DNA of 63,976 nt, filler included, from Pseudomonadota bacterium (GTDB lineage Bacteria > Desulfobacterota > Desulfobacteria > Desulfobacterales > JBDRRP01): the NCBI GenBank assembly GCA_043825735.1. It is 7 parts of 7 records of this genome, joined end to end, with 100 filler letters (N's around TTAATTAATTAA, not from the genome) between each part and the next. Parts side by side here need not be neighbours in the genome. Positions count along the whole stretch, not along the records: positions 26,621 to 46,024 come from JBDRRP010000096.1; positions 46,125 to 50,150 come from JBDRRP010000100.1; 5 more parts are not named here. One strand, 5' to 3'. Under the pieces are notes generated by a model. It was not told the origin of the DNA. It did no database searches and saw only the letters and a program-made list of their open reading frames with translations. The translations under genes were made by a program, and so were the position numbers. How positions within the stretch are numbered: the first letter of the stretch is position 1; the number at the start of each line of letters is the position of its first letter. Below are positions 38,705-49,913 of the stretch, piece by piece.

Positions 38705-38741
38705 AAAAAAAAAGCCCCCGCAATGACTTGCGGGGGCTTTT
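38705..38741 (-). terminator. groEL intrinsic terminator
   Basis: AAAAGCCCCCGCAA-TGAC-TTGCGGGGGCTTTT, followed by a T run on the minus strand. Confidence 0.85.
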
Positions 38742-38778
38742 GGTGACAACTGATTGCTATAGATGCAGGGGATGCTGG

Positions 38779-40467
<1,689 letters not shown>

Positions 40468-40478
40468 TTACAATTAAA

Positions 40479-40766
40479 TTATTCTATAATCCCGAGGACA
40501 TCGTCTTCGCGCATAATCAGGTACTCTTCGCCGTCGATCTTTACTTCCGTACCGGAATATTTTCCGAAAAGGATACGATCCCCTTTTTTGACCTGAAGTG
40601 CGATGAGCTTACCGTCATCGCCCATTTTGCCGGCGCCCACGGAGATGACTTTACCCTCGACCGGTTTTTCCTTGGCGGAATCCGGGATGATAATGCCCCC
40701 CTTGGTTTTCTCAGCTTCTTCGACGCGTTCTACAAGAATTCGATCATGCAATGGTTTCAGCTTCAT
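40479..40766 (-). CDS. groS: Co-chaperonin GroES
   Basis: [12 protein letters not shown]...[13 protein letters not shown]. Start set at ATG 40766 after AGGAGA. Confidence 0.98.
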   Translation of the reverse strand: MKLKPLHDRILVERVEEAEKTKGGIIIPDSAKEKPVEGKVISVGAGKMGDDGKLIALQVKKGDRILFGKYSGTEVKIDGEEYLIMREDDVLGIIE

Positions 40767-40979
40767 GTTCCTTCTCCTTTTCCTCGTTGACTCGTTGAAT
40801 TGATCAGATGATAGTGCCACTTTAGTCGACAGGGCAGGGTGCCCCTGGCTGCCTGCCGAAAACCGATGCCGAAGACAACAAACAGCCGCTGACCAGTACG
40901 GTGCACGGCTGCACCCTCAGCAGTCTGAATTGATCCCGCATTGAATAATCGGATGTGTCGTTTTTCATGATTCGGTCAA

Positions 40980-41276
40980 CTATTTGCCATCCGATGGTAC
41001 ACTGGCCGATGATGCACTGGGTTTTTCCGAGGTGGTCGGCGGCGGTGATGGTTCTTTGGGTGTTGCGGATGTCTCAGCGGGGGATGTCTTGCCGGGCTTT
41101 TTCGCGTAGTCCGTAACGTACCAGCCACTGCCTTTCAGGTGGAAGGCGCTGTTGGAAATCAATTTTCTCAGTTTGCCGGAACAGGTATGACACCGAGTCA
41201 GCGGCTTGTCTGAAATTTTCTGAAAGGCTTCTGCGACCAATCCGCATGCAGTGCATTCATATTCATAAATGGGCAT
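40980..41276 (-). CDS. FmdB-family zinc-ribbon protein
   Basis: MPIYEYECTACG...CHTCSG...FHLKGSGWYVTDY and a low-complexity tail. Confidence 0.9.
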   Translation of the reverse strand: MPIYEYECTACGLVAEAFQKISDKPLTRCHTCSGKLRKLISNSAFHLKGSGWYVTDYAKKPGKTSPAETSATPKEPSPPPTTSEKPSASSASVPSDGK

Positions 41277-41342
41277 ATCCAGCTACCCTCGATTCATTAA
41301 GTTGTTTATTGGAGTTACTGCGGCCCACTGAAAATTTAGGCT

Positions 41343-41370
41343 AAGATAGGCAGTCATTTTGGCTTGTCAA
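41343..41370 (-). promoter_or_regulatory. Putative sigma70 promoter upstream of the zinc-ribbon gene and groESL
   Basis: Minus strand TTGACA (41370-41365), 16-nt spacer, TATCTT (41348-41343). Confidence 0.4.
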
Positions 41371-41386
41371 GACACCAAAAACGACA

Positions 41387-41950
41387 TCATGGCGATTCGA
41401 TGACAGGGCGTGCCTCGATCGGGCGGTTGTGCCATTTTTCGAAGAATTTCATAGCGCTATCAAGACCATCCAACTGAATGGGAAAAAGCAGCCGATGGGT
41501 TTCCCGATGAACCCGGTGTTCCTCGTCGAGGGTTTCCTCCGGAGAGGCATCGAAAAACTGGAGGAACTGACTGAAGCGGATGATATGGATCAGCTCATGG
41601 GTGACAATGTAAAGGACAAACGGCAGCAGGTGAAGTTCTTTGCAGCGTTTGAGCACGTCGAGGATAGCGTGGTCCTGGAGGCAGATCCGGTAATGATCGT
41701 AGGCATTCGAGCCCAGACTCGTGTCGGGGCGCTGTCCTTTGTAGCGGACCACCTGCGCAAAGGGTCCATTTTCGATTTCCGCCGCTTTGAGATCCACCAG
41801 CGTTCTGACATCGTATCGCCGCCGCAGCCACTGGGAGGTGGACATCTTGTAGGCGTTGCTGACGATCTCTTCGGCCATCGTGACCGCGTGGTTGACCGCC
41901 TTGACCTGCTCTGGAGCGAATGCCGGAAGTTTATGGGATGCCTCTGTCAC
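41387..41950 (-). CDS. Hypothetical protein with HExxH motif (possible zincin)
   Basis: YIVTHELIHIIRF with a downstream EE; plausible globular protein. Confidence 0.65.
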   Translation of the reverse strand: MTEASHKLPAFAPEQVKAVNHAVTMAEEIVSNAYKMSTSQWLRRRYDVRTLVDLKAAEIENGPFAQVVRYKGQRPDTSLGSNAYDHYRICLQDHAILDVLKRCKELHLLPFVLYIVTHELIHIIRFSQFLQFFDASPEETLDEEHRVHRETHRLLFPIQLDGLDSAMKFFEKWHNRPIEARPVIESP

Positions 41951-42160
41951 GTTGCTGGTATCCGCGTGTCATGGTTTCGCGCCTGGGGCTGTTCTGCAGC
42001 CACCGGACCCTCGCGCCTCGGATGCTGGCGATGGGTGCCCCACGGCAGGAACGCGGGGCGCCGCGGTTGAACATTTAAAATTGTTATGGACAAATCTATT
42101 CAAAAGCGCTAATAAACCTATTTTCTGAAAAGTACAAGGACAAGGAACGGAGGTGATCCA

Positions 42161-42259
42161 TTGGGCAGTGTCGTAAAGAAACGCAGGAAAAAGATGCGTA
42201 AGCATAAACACAGAAAACTGCTGGCCCGGACGCGGCATCAACGACGGAAGGGCAAGTAG
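42161..42259 (+). CDS. Small basic ribosomal protein bS22-like (AURKAIP1/COX24/DUF1713 family), 32 aa
   Basis: GGAGGTGA RBS then TTG; MGSVVKKRRKKMRKHKHRKLLARTRHQRRKGK then TAG. Missed by the ORF track. Confidence 0.9.
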   Translation: MGSVVKKRRKKMRKHKHRKLLARTRHQRRKGK

Positions 42260-42310
42260 CCGTTCAGCCTGTTGACAAGCCGTACACCTGCTATCAGTGG
42301 TTTTATTGTT

Positions 42311-42351
42311 AAAAAGCACCCTGACCGCGCAACCGCGTTCAGGGTGCTTTT
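42311..42351. terminator. Terminator after the bS22-like gene (possibly bidirectional with hflC)
   Basis: AAAAGCACCCTGA...TCAGGGTGCTTTT stem. Confidence 0.75.
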
Positions 42352-42446
42352 GTTGTTGGGATTCCGTAATGGGGCGCTTTTATGGCAGCGGCTCTGATTA
42401 CGCCGCTCCGGGTTAAATAAAAAGGATCCCGTCTATGGCTGGGACA

Positions 42447-43385
42447 CTATTTGCCCATGTTGCTTTTCATGTACTTGAGGAATTCCGAATCCGTTGACAA
42501 TACGACGGTGGTGTCGGCGCTGAAGGTTTCGCTGTAGGTTTCAAGTGTTTTCAGGAAGCTGTAAAATTCCGGATCCAGGCCGAAGGCCTCCGCGTAGAGC
42601 TGAATGGATTCGGCTTCTGCCGTACCTCTGATCTTTTCGGCTTCACGGTAGGCTTCCGATGTGATCAGCTTCAGTTCGCGCTCCTTTTCACCGAGGATTT
42701 TTCTGGCTTCTCCCTGACCTTCCGATCGAAATTTTTCGGCGATCTGTTTTCGCTCTGCAATCATCCGATTGTAAACCGACTCGCGCACTTCCTCCACGTA
42801 GTTGATGCGTTTGATTTTGACATCCACCAGTTCGATGCCGAAAGGCGTCAGTTTGGGTTGGGCCGCTTTCAGGATGCCGATGGCGATCTGCTCCCGGCCG
42901 GTGGCAATGGGGGTTGGCGGTCCCTTTTCAACCTCTTCCAGCCCGATTTCGTAAGTGTCCAGTTCCCGGTTGGTCCAGCGGACGGCTTCAATGAGGCGGT
43001 TCTTGGTGATAAAGTTGCGGACCGCAGGGTCGATGATGTCATCAAGCCGTGCCTGCGCGGTGATCTCGTTGTTGACCGTCTGGAAAAACTTCAGCGGATC
43101 CACGATCTTCCAGCGCGCGAACGTATCCACATAGATGTAAGTCTTATCCAGCGTGGGGATCTGGCCGGGATCACCATCCCATTGGAGAAGGTTTTTCGGA
43201 AAATACGTGGCCTGATCGAAGATGGGAACCTTGAAGTAGATCCCCGATTCTGTTTTGGGCATTCCGATCAGTTTGCCGAAGCGGGTCACCACGACCTGTT
43301 CGGTCTCATCAACGATATAGGCCGCCGTGTAAACGAGCATTGCCGCCAAAAGCAGGGCTACGGCGATGAAGCCTCTTGATTTCAT
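42447..43385 (-). CDS. hflC: FtsH modulator HflC
   Basis: N-terminal TM, SPFH domain, VYNRMIAERKQIAEKFRSEG, DPEFYSFLKTLETY. Confidence 0.95.
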   Translation of the reverse strand: MKSRGFIAVALLLAAMLVYTAAYIVDETEQVVVTRFGKLIGMPKTESGIYFKVPIFDQATYFPKNLLQWDGDPGQIPTLDKTYIYVDTFARWKIVDPLKFFQTVNNEITAQARLDDIIDPAVRNFITKNRLIEAVRWTNRELDTYEIGLEEVEKGPPTPIATGREQIAIGILKAAQPKLTPFGIELVDVKIKRINYVEEVRESVYNRMIAERKQIAEKFRSEGQGEARKILGEKERELKLITSEAYREAEKIRGTAEAESIQLYAEAFGLDPEFYSFLKTLETYSETFSADTTVVLSTDSEFLKYMKSNMGK

Positions 43386-44425
43386 TTCTTTACCATCCCT
43401 TCGCCAGCGCCAAGATTGAGCAGTGGCAGCATGTTTTTCTGATCCTGATCGACGACGTAGATTTTCCCCATCTTTGGCAGCAGTTCCTTCATGGCTTCCA
43501 GGTACAGCCGCCGCCGGGTGACGTCTTTGGCTTTTGTATATTCACGGTACACCGATTTGAAGCGGGCCGCATCACCTTTGGCCCGGTTGACCCGGTCAAG
43601 AGCGAACCCTTCGGCCGCTTTGATGGTCCGGTCGGCTTCGCCCCGTGCTTGCGGGATGGCCTTGTTGTAGTCTTCCTTGGCCTGGTAGATCACCTTCTCT
43701 TTTTCCTGGGTTGCCTGGTTGACTTCATTAAAGGACGGTTGCACCGGGCCGGGGACATTGGTCCGCTTCATTTCGATGGTAACGATGTGCAGGCCCGAGT
43801 CTGCGTTGTCCAGTTCCACCTGCAAAACGCGCGTGGCCTCCGAGGCGATTTCTTCGCGCTTGCTGATGACTTCGTTGATGCTCCGGTCGCCCACCACCAG
43901 CCGCATGGTGGCCTCCGACATGTCGATGAGCAGCCGTCGCACATCTTGAACCTTGAAAAGAAAATTGTACGGGTCTTTGATCCGATACTGAACGATCCAG
44001 GGGACCACCGCCACGTTGAGATCCCCGGTCAACATGAGGGAGGTGTTGGCACTGTCGCTGCCCGAAGAAAACGTCGTTGACCGGTTGTCCCCGCCGGTTG
44101 ACCGGAACCCGAATTCTTCCTTGTAAACGTGGCGCACCTTGACTTTGGTCACCTTTTCGACGCCGGCAGGCAGCTTGAAATTGAGACCGGGCTGGGTGGT
44201 GCGGATGTATTTGCCGAACCGCTGGACGACACCGACTTCGTCGACGGCGACCGTGTAAAACATCGATGACCCGAAAAAGACGGCCAAGAGCAAAATTATC
44301 AGCAATGGCCCCCCTGGAAACCGGATCTTTTTCATCTGCTCGATCAGGTCATTCATTTGTGGGGGGATGCCGCCTCCCGATTGCTTGCTCTGTTGATCTT
44401 TTAGTTTTTCCCAATCCCAGTTCAT
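43382..44425 (-). CDS. hflK: FtsH modulator HflK
   Basis: GVVQRFGKY, MLTGDLN, IPQARGEA, DVTRRRLYLE. Start set at ATG 44425 (MNWDW). Confidence 0.95.
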   Translation of the reverse strand: MNWDWEKLKDQQSKQSGGGIPPQMNDLIEQMKKIRFPGGPLLIILLLAVFFGSSMFYTVAVDEVGVVQRFGKYIRTTQPGLNFKLPAGVEKVTKVKVRHVYKEEFGFRSTGGDNRSTTFSSGSDSANTSLMLTGDLNVAVVPWIVQYRIKDPYNFLFKVQDVRRLLIDMSEATMRLVVGDRSINEVISKREEIASEATRVLQVELDNADSGLHIVTIEMKRTNVPGPVQPSFNEVNQATQEKEKVIYQAKEDYNKAIPQARGEADRTIKAAEGFALDRVNRAKGDAARFKSVYREYTKAKDVTRRRLYLEAMKELLPKMGKIYVVDQDQKNMLPLLNLGAGEGMVKK

Positions 44426-44654
44426 TTCGTGTCCCTGTCGCTTTCTTCGTGGGCGTAAGCGCGCCTGCCGCGTGGTGGCGGCATGGCTCAAAGGCCCTGG
44501 ATTTGATGAGCATATTTGAAACGTTTAAAATAAAGTAGGGCCAAAGTATAGTCAAGGAAAAACGGGATGCGGTCCACGCGAGGCCCTGTGATGAGCCTTT
44601 TCAGGCGTTGGTACGCCTTGACAATAGGGCCTTCGCGCGGATATTTCTTCAGCT

Positions 44655-44993
44655 ATGGTCAAGAAGAAAATATCGGCCGATCCACCGACCCTGTTGGCGA
44701 TGGTGCTGCCGTCGGTGCTGAAAGGAATTCGCAAAGACGTCGATACCGGTCTGCTGCAGGTGTGGGAGATCTGGCGAACCGTCGTGGGCGCCGCCATTGC
44801 CGACAATGCCCAGCCGGCCGCGTTCAAGGGGGACATGCTCATCGTGAACGTGGCCAACTCGGTGTGGTGCCACCATTTGCAATTTCTCAAATCGGACGTG
44901 CTCCGCCAGCTCAATCAGGCGCTGGGGCAGGATTGTATCCGTGACATCAAATTCAAAATCGGAACGTGGTCGGATGCAGGGCGCTCTAAGTGA
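44655..44993 (+). CDS. DUF721 / DciA-family protein
   Basis: W...VG..IA.NAQP......L.V.V.NSVW...L.FLK pattern. Confidence 0.8.
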   Translation: MVKKKISADPPTLLAMVLPSVLKGIRKDVDTGLLQVWEIWRTVVGAAIADNAQPAAFKGDMLIVNVANSVWCHHLQFLKSDVLRQLNQALGQDCIRDIKFKIGTWSDAGRSK

Positions 44994-45744
44994 ATCCCCG
45001 GCGCTGCCGTTGACGGAAGATCGTTTCTATGACAGCCGGCTGGTTGTTCGCCAGTACCGTGATGGATACCGGTTTTCCATTGATGCGGTGCTGCTGGCCG
45101 ACTTTGCCCGCCCGTGGCTGGGCCGCACCGTAGTGGAATTGGGCACCGGCTGCGGCATCGTCGCCCTGCTGATGGCGATCCAGGCACCGGATGCGCGGAT
45201 ATTTGCCCTTGAAATCCAGCCGCAGATGGCCCTTCTGGCCAGTGAAAATGTTGCCCTCAACAACCTGAAAGAGCGCATCAGCATCCTTCGCCGTGATTTG
45301 AAAACCGTTTCTTCGGCCGATTTCAATCCCGTGGTGGATACGGTGGTCTGCAACCCGCCGTATTATCCATTGGGCGCCGGGCGGCTAAATCCCAATGACC
45401 AGCGCGCCCAGGCACGCCATGAACTGCGGGCCACCCTGGCCGACATTATCGATGCCGCGCGCCGAACGGTTAAAAAATCCGGGAGTCTGGTGATGATCTA
45501 TCCGGCCGAGCGCACGGGAGCATTGCTCGGTGCGATGCGCTCCGGCGGCATCGAACCCAAGGATCTGCGATGCATCCACGCCACCGCAGACGGCGATGCC
45601 CAGCTGGTAATGGTTCGCGGACGCCTCGGCACCGGTGCCGGCATGCGCGTGTGCGCCCCGCTGATCCTTTATGCACCGGACGGCAGCCCCACCGCTGCGC
45701 ACACGGCCATTTGTGGCCGGGCTAAACACATGATGGCCCTGTAA
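44974..45744 (+). CDS. tRNA1(Val) A37 N6-methyltransferase-like SAM-dependent methyltransferase
   Basis: GYRFSIDAVLLA, ELGTGCG, CNPPY, ARHE. Start uncertain. Confidence 0.88.
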   Translation: MQGALSESPALPLTEDRFYDSRLVVRQYRDGYRFSIDAVLLADFARPWLGRTVVELGTGCGIVALLMAIQAPDARIFALEIQPQMALLASENVALNNLKERISILRRDLKTVSSADFNPVVDTVVCNPPYYPLGAGRLNPNDQRAQARHELRATLADIIDAARRTVKKSGSLVMIYPAERTGALLGAMRSGGIEPKDLRCIHATADGDAQLVMVRGRLGTGAGMRVCAPLILYAPDGSPTAAHTAICGRAKHMMAL

Positions 45745-45863
45745 AAAGTCCGAATCTCTCGCAAAGCCGCAGAGATCGCGAAGCTAAAAGACTGATATTA
45801 AAAATGTTTTTCTTGGCGCACGTGGCGTCTTTGCGAGAAAATTGCTTTTTTATGGAGCCATCA
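45731..45863. repeat. Second copy of the nested inverted-repeat element family; supplies the methyltransferase stop codon
   Basis: TGATGGCCCTGTAAAAAGT / GCTTTTTTATGGAGCCATCA outer arms; inner TCTCGCAAAG / CTTTGCGAGA. Confidence 0.65.
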
Positions 45864-46124
45864 ATAAATATCGATGGTATCTGCGAAAATCATGTTTCCA
45901 GCAGGCGCCCTCTTTTTCGGCCCCGCCACCAAAATGATCGTGCCGCCAGCGGTGTGCGGCGTTTAGGTGGGGGGGGGGGGGCCAGGGTGTTTTCCTATAA
46001 ACCGCTGAGGCCGCCTTTCGAGGCNNNNNNNNNNNNNNNNNNNNNNNNNNNNNNNNNNNNNNNNNNNNTTAATTAATTAANNNNNNNNNNNNNNNNNNNN
46101 NNNNNNNNNNNNNNNNNNNNNNNN

Positions 46125-46445
46125 CACTGGTTCTTCGCAAGGAGCTTGAGCGTAATCTGGAAAAAGCGGGTCATGTGTTCGAATGGTCGCATATCAAGCA
46201 GGATCTGCAGGCGATGCAGGAGACACACGTAGAAGAAAAGGGCAACCATTTGGCGATTCGCAGCAAAACAGAGGGCGTATGCGGCAAAGTCTTCCAGGCG
46301 GTCGGCGTAGCGATACCGCCGACGATTCGCGAAATTTAATTTGCGACTTTTGCAGTTTTGGCATGGGGGTAGTGCCAAGAACATTTTCGTGCCCTGTACG
46401 TGCCTGTTTTTATAGAGAATTAAAAATCGTGCTGTTAAAGATCAG
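46125..46445 (+). mobile_element. IS1634-like insertion sequence, right end (transposase C-terminus 46127-46339)
   Basis: Hand translation [74 protein letters not shown] resembles IS1634 transposase tails. Probable end near CTGTTAAAGATCAG. Confidence 0.7.
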
Positions 46446-46449
46446 TCAA

Positions 46450-47652
46450 GCCTTAGAAGCCCTGTTCGAATTGCTCGGACTCACGCCCGGCATGGCCAAA
46501 CTGGTCACTCAAGGCAAGGATGAACCGGTGCAGGAACTCCAGAAGGCGATTTCCAAATTGGTGGAAAAGCTGGTGCTCCTGCAACAGAGCCTGCAAAACG
46601 GTCTGCTCTTCTGGGGCCGGGACTTATTGGCCGAGGAGGAGGCGCAGAAGTTTCGTTTACGTCTCGACGAGACCAAGACTTTCCTGGAATCGCTCCAGGC
46701 TTATACCTTATCCGGCAAGCTCAAGAACTTTCGTTACGACGCCCAGGAGGTGACCAGCCATCGCGACGGGCTTAATTTTCTGGCAGAGATCGAATCCCTC
46801 CAAGAGCTGATGACAGATCTTGGATCTACCGCGGCGTTCCTTTCCACCGCTGAAGCGGTCCTGCCCGCGGAACATGAATGGACGGGCAAAACAAAAAAGG
46901 CCCGTGACGAGGTACTCGCTCAATTCAGCGATCCCGATAAGCGCGGGGCAGCCACCTTCCGCCAGCAGACCCAGCGCAAACTGACCGATCTCAAGAAAGC
47001 CTATGTGCAGACCTACCTGGGGATGCACACCAAGGCGCGGCTGGGGGTGAATGAAGACAAGCGTAAGACCAAGCTCATGACCGACGAGCGGCTTCGAGTT
47101 TTGCAAAAACTTTCCACTGTTGAGCTGATGCCCCGGCAGCACCTGACCGATTTTCAGAGTCGTCTCGCCGGGTTGAAAAGCTGTTTTGCGCTTACTGAGC
47201 AAGAGCTGAACGCTTCGCCGGTGTGTCCGAACTGTACCTTCAAACCCGGTTCGGAGCCGCCCGCGGCACCCGCTGGTTCGGTCCTGGATGGACTAGACGA
47301 AGAGTTGGACAAAATGATGGAAAACTGGACCCAGACGCTTCTGACAAACCTGGCAGACCCGACCACCAAAGGCAACCTGGACCTGCTCAAGCCCGAACAA
47401 AAGAAGCTGGTGAACAGCTTTATCAAGAAGCGGGCCCTGCCGGACAAGCTCGACCAGAACTTCATCCACGCCTTGAGCGAAGCGCTTACCGGTCTCCAGA
47501 AGGTCCCGGTCAGGATCGCCGACCTGCGCATGGCGCTGCTCTCAGGCGGTTCACCGGTGACACCGGCAGAAATGAAAAAGCGATTCGAGGAATACCTGGA
47601 CGAACTCACCAAAGGCAAGGAACCCGGAAAAGTAAGAATTGTGCTGGAGTAG
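46450..47652 (+). pseudogene. C-terminal third of a DUF6079 protein (BREX type 3 BrxC-like ATPase), 5' part replaced by the IS end
   Basis: [61 protein letters not shown]...KVRIVLE match my recollection of DUF6079 C-termini. The track ORF from 46183 is a chimera with IS sequence. Confidence 0.7.
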
Positions 47653-47654
47653 AC

Positions 47655-48353
47655 ATGGCGAAGCATGGCGACAAAACGAAAAAACGGTTGACGATTATGG
47701 TTTCTTCTACAGTCTATGGAATCGAAGAACTGCTTGAGCAGGTTTATGCCCTGCTTAACGGTTTTGGCTATGAGGTCTGGTGCTCCCACAAGGGAACCGT
47801 TCAGGTCTATCCAAACCAGACAGCCCTCGATAGTTGCTTAACCGCTGTTGAGAAATGTGATTTGTTTCTCTGTTTCATTACACCTCAATATGGTAGCGGA
47901 GTGATTCCGGGACAGCTTGGATTCACTCATCAAGAGCTGTTGAAGGCAATCGAGTTAAACAAGCCGAGATGGATTCTGGCTCACAATCATGTTCCTTTTG
48001 CCCGATCCTTGTTCATGAAGTTGGGTTGCAGAACGGCCAAAGATCGAAAGACCCTTTTAGACAAGCTTGGATATACTACAGAGAAGCATTTGAAGGATCT
48101 CAAAAAGCGAGAACAGGCGGTGATTGATGATTTCCGCGTGATAGATATGTATGATGCTGCTATTCGTCGCGATCTGAAAACCTACCAGGACCGCACCGGC
48201 AATTGGGTACAAAAATTTACTTCGGATCAAGATGCAAAACTTTTTGCTACGGCCCAATTTGGGCGTTACGCCGAGGTGGTGGAATTCCTCCGCAATTATT
48301 TTGAGAAACCAGATGCGTTAAGCGAGGAGATCAAAAGGAGATCAGTACCTTGA
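47655..48353 (+). CDS. DUF4062 domain protein (TIR/nucleoside deoxyribosyltransferase-like fold)
   Basis: IMVSSTV, CLTAVEKCDLFLCFITPQYGSG, THQELLKAIELNKP. ATG 2 nt after the DUF6079 stop. Confidence 0.85.
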   Translation: MAKHGDKTKKRLTIMVSSTVYGIEELLEQVYALLNGFGYEVWCSHKGTVQVYPNQTALDSCLTAVEKCDLFLCFITPQYGSGVIPGQLGFTHQELLKAIELNKPRWILAHNHVPFARSLFMKLGCRTAKDRKTLLDKLGYTTEKHLKDLKKREQAVIDDFRVIDMYDAAIRRDLKTYQDRTGNWVQKFTSDQDAKLFATAQFGRYAEVVEFLRNYFEKPDALSEEIKRRSVP

Positions 48354-49744
48354 ATATTAATAATTTGACTGAAGAGCTGCTTGGCCGGAATGAGTCAATT
48401 CGCCTTGAGTTTGTTGAATCTCCAAATGCAAGAAGTGAAATTGCGCAGTCGGTATGTGCGATGCTGAATAGCAAAGGAGGCACGGTGCTTATCGGCGTGG
48501 ATGACCGGGGCCAGGTGGTTGGTGAAGTTTCGGATCTTAATGTTAAAGAGCTAAACAGCTTCCTACATGAGCAGATCATACCCCAAGTGCTCTTCACTGT
48601 CACTTTGGATGAGGTACCCCAAGGAAAGATAATTTCGATTGATGTGCCAGAAGGTAGAGATCAGCCTTACGTCTTCAATGGCACGGTATTTGTAAGGTCT
48701 GGCTTTCGCACGCGTGTTGCTGATGCAGAGACGATGCGGGGGATGGTCGAGAGTCGATCCCATGAAATAGAGCGTTGGGAGCGACGAGCGGCTGGCAGTC
48801 TGGAGATCTCTGAACTAGATAGTGAGTTGATCAATGAGACGGTGCGGCGGGCTCAGGATCGGCGAGGGTACCGGTTTGATAACCCGCACAGCCTCGAGGA
48901 GGTGCTTGTTAATCTGTCTCTTTCTCGGTTCGGCCAACTGACGAACGCAGCGGATGTGTTATTTGGACGACGGATTGCTCTCCGCCATCCTCAGACCCGC
49001 CTGCGGGCAGTGCGTTATGAGACAGACCGTGGTGACGACTTTATTGATGAAAAGCTCTATGAGGGACCGGCGTTCATTTTGCTTGAAGAGGCGATGGCAT
49101 TCCTGAAACGTCATGTTTCGATTGGAGCTGGGTTCAGAGCCGGACAATTATCTCGCGAATCTCGTCCGGAGTATCCTTTCAACTCCCTGCGCGAGGGGCT
49201 CGTTAATGCGCTAGTGCATCGCGACTACGCATCCTTCTCCGGTGGCGTATCGGTGAGCATCTACCCTGGCCGGGTTGAGGTTTGGAATTCCGGTCACCTT
49301 CCAGAGGGGATTACACCTAACAAGCTCCGCGCAGCAATGCACGATTCGATCCTTATTAATCCTGATATTAGCCACGTGTTCTATCTGTATGAGTTGATGG
49401 AGCGGGTTGGGCGAGGGACATTTAAAATTGTCCAGGAATGCCGTGAGATGGGGATGAAGCTGCCCGAATGGCGGGACGCGGCATCAGGTGTTCGGCTAAC
49501 ACTATACGCAGCAAAAGGGGGGGCAGCCTCAGTCCTCAAGCCGAACGAACGTCAGGATGCTCTCTTAAATAGCCTGTCTACCGGAGAACGAATCAAGACC
49601 CCTGAGTTTCTCAAACGCTTCGGGGCCGGTGTGAGCGAGCGCCAGGCTAGGCGAGACCTTAAGGATCTGGAGGAAGCCGGTTTCCTTGAGAGGATCGGTG
49701 CGGGTCCGACCACGGCCTACGAGCGGACAAAGAAACCATTGTAA
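48350..49744 (+). CDS. Schlafen/AlbA_2 + HATPase_c_4 + C-terminal HTH protein
   Basis: ES..LEF, VCAMLNSKGGTVLIGVDDRG; LREGLVNALVHRDY, VEVWNSG, ERVGRG; ERQARRDLKDL...G.L.R.G. TTGA overlap with the DUF4062 gene. Confidence 0.88.
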   Translation: MNINNLTEELLGRNESIRLEFVESPNARSEIAQSVCAMLNSKGGTVLIGVDDRGQVVGEVSDLNVKELNSFLHEQIIPQVLFTVTLDEVPQGKIISIDVPEGRDQPYVFNGTVFVRSGFRTRVADAETMRGMVESRSHEIERWERRAAGSLEISELDSELINETVRRAQDRRGYRFDNPHSLEEVLVNLSLSRFGQLTNAADVLFGRRIALRHPQTRLRAVRYETDRGDDFIDEKLYEGPAFILLEEAMAFLKRHVSIGAGFRAGQLSRESRPEYPFNSLREGLVNALVHRDYASFSGGVSVSIYPGRVEVWNSGHLPEGITPNKLRAAMHDSILINPDISHVFYLYELMERVGRGTFKIVQECREMGMKLPEWRDAASGVRLTLYAAKGGAASVLKPNERQDALLNSLSTGERIKTPEFLKRFGAGVSERQARRDLKDLEEAGFLERIGAGPTTAYERTKKPL

Positions 49745-49746
49745 TT

Positions 49747-49913
49747 CGGTCATCCGGCCATGTCCGGACATATCCGGCCATGGCTGGACGCGCCCCCTAA
49801 CGATCTAAAACCAAGATGTACTAATGGTATGTTTATTAAAATTAAATAGTTATGTAATTTCAAGCTGATCTTGAGGTACAAATGGTCCGGGTAACCGGAC
49901 ATGATCCGGACAT
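49747..49913 (+). repeat. Array of CCGG(A/C)CAT motifs with 10-bp phasing
   Basis: Copies at 49754, 49764, 49774, 49895 and 49906, separated into two clusters by an AT-rich tract. Confidence 0.7.

Noticed and set aside
45969..45981. G13 tract as a phase-variation switch
   Set aside because: About 40 nt from a contig end with no visible linked gene; length is unreliable.
46183..46449. N-terminal 89 aa of the track ORF 46183-47652
   Set aside because: Reads through IS sequence in a non-transposase frame, so it is not part of the DUF6079 protein.
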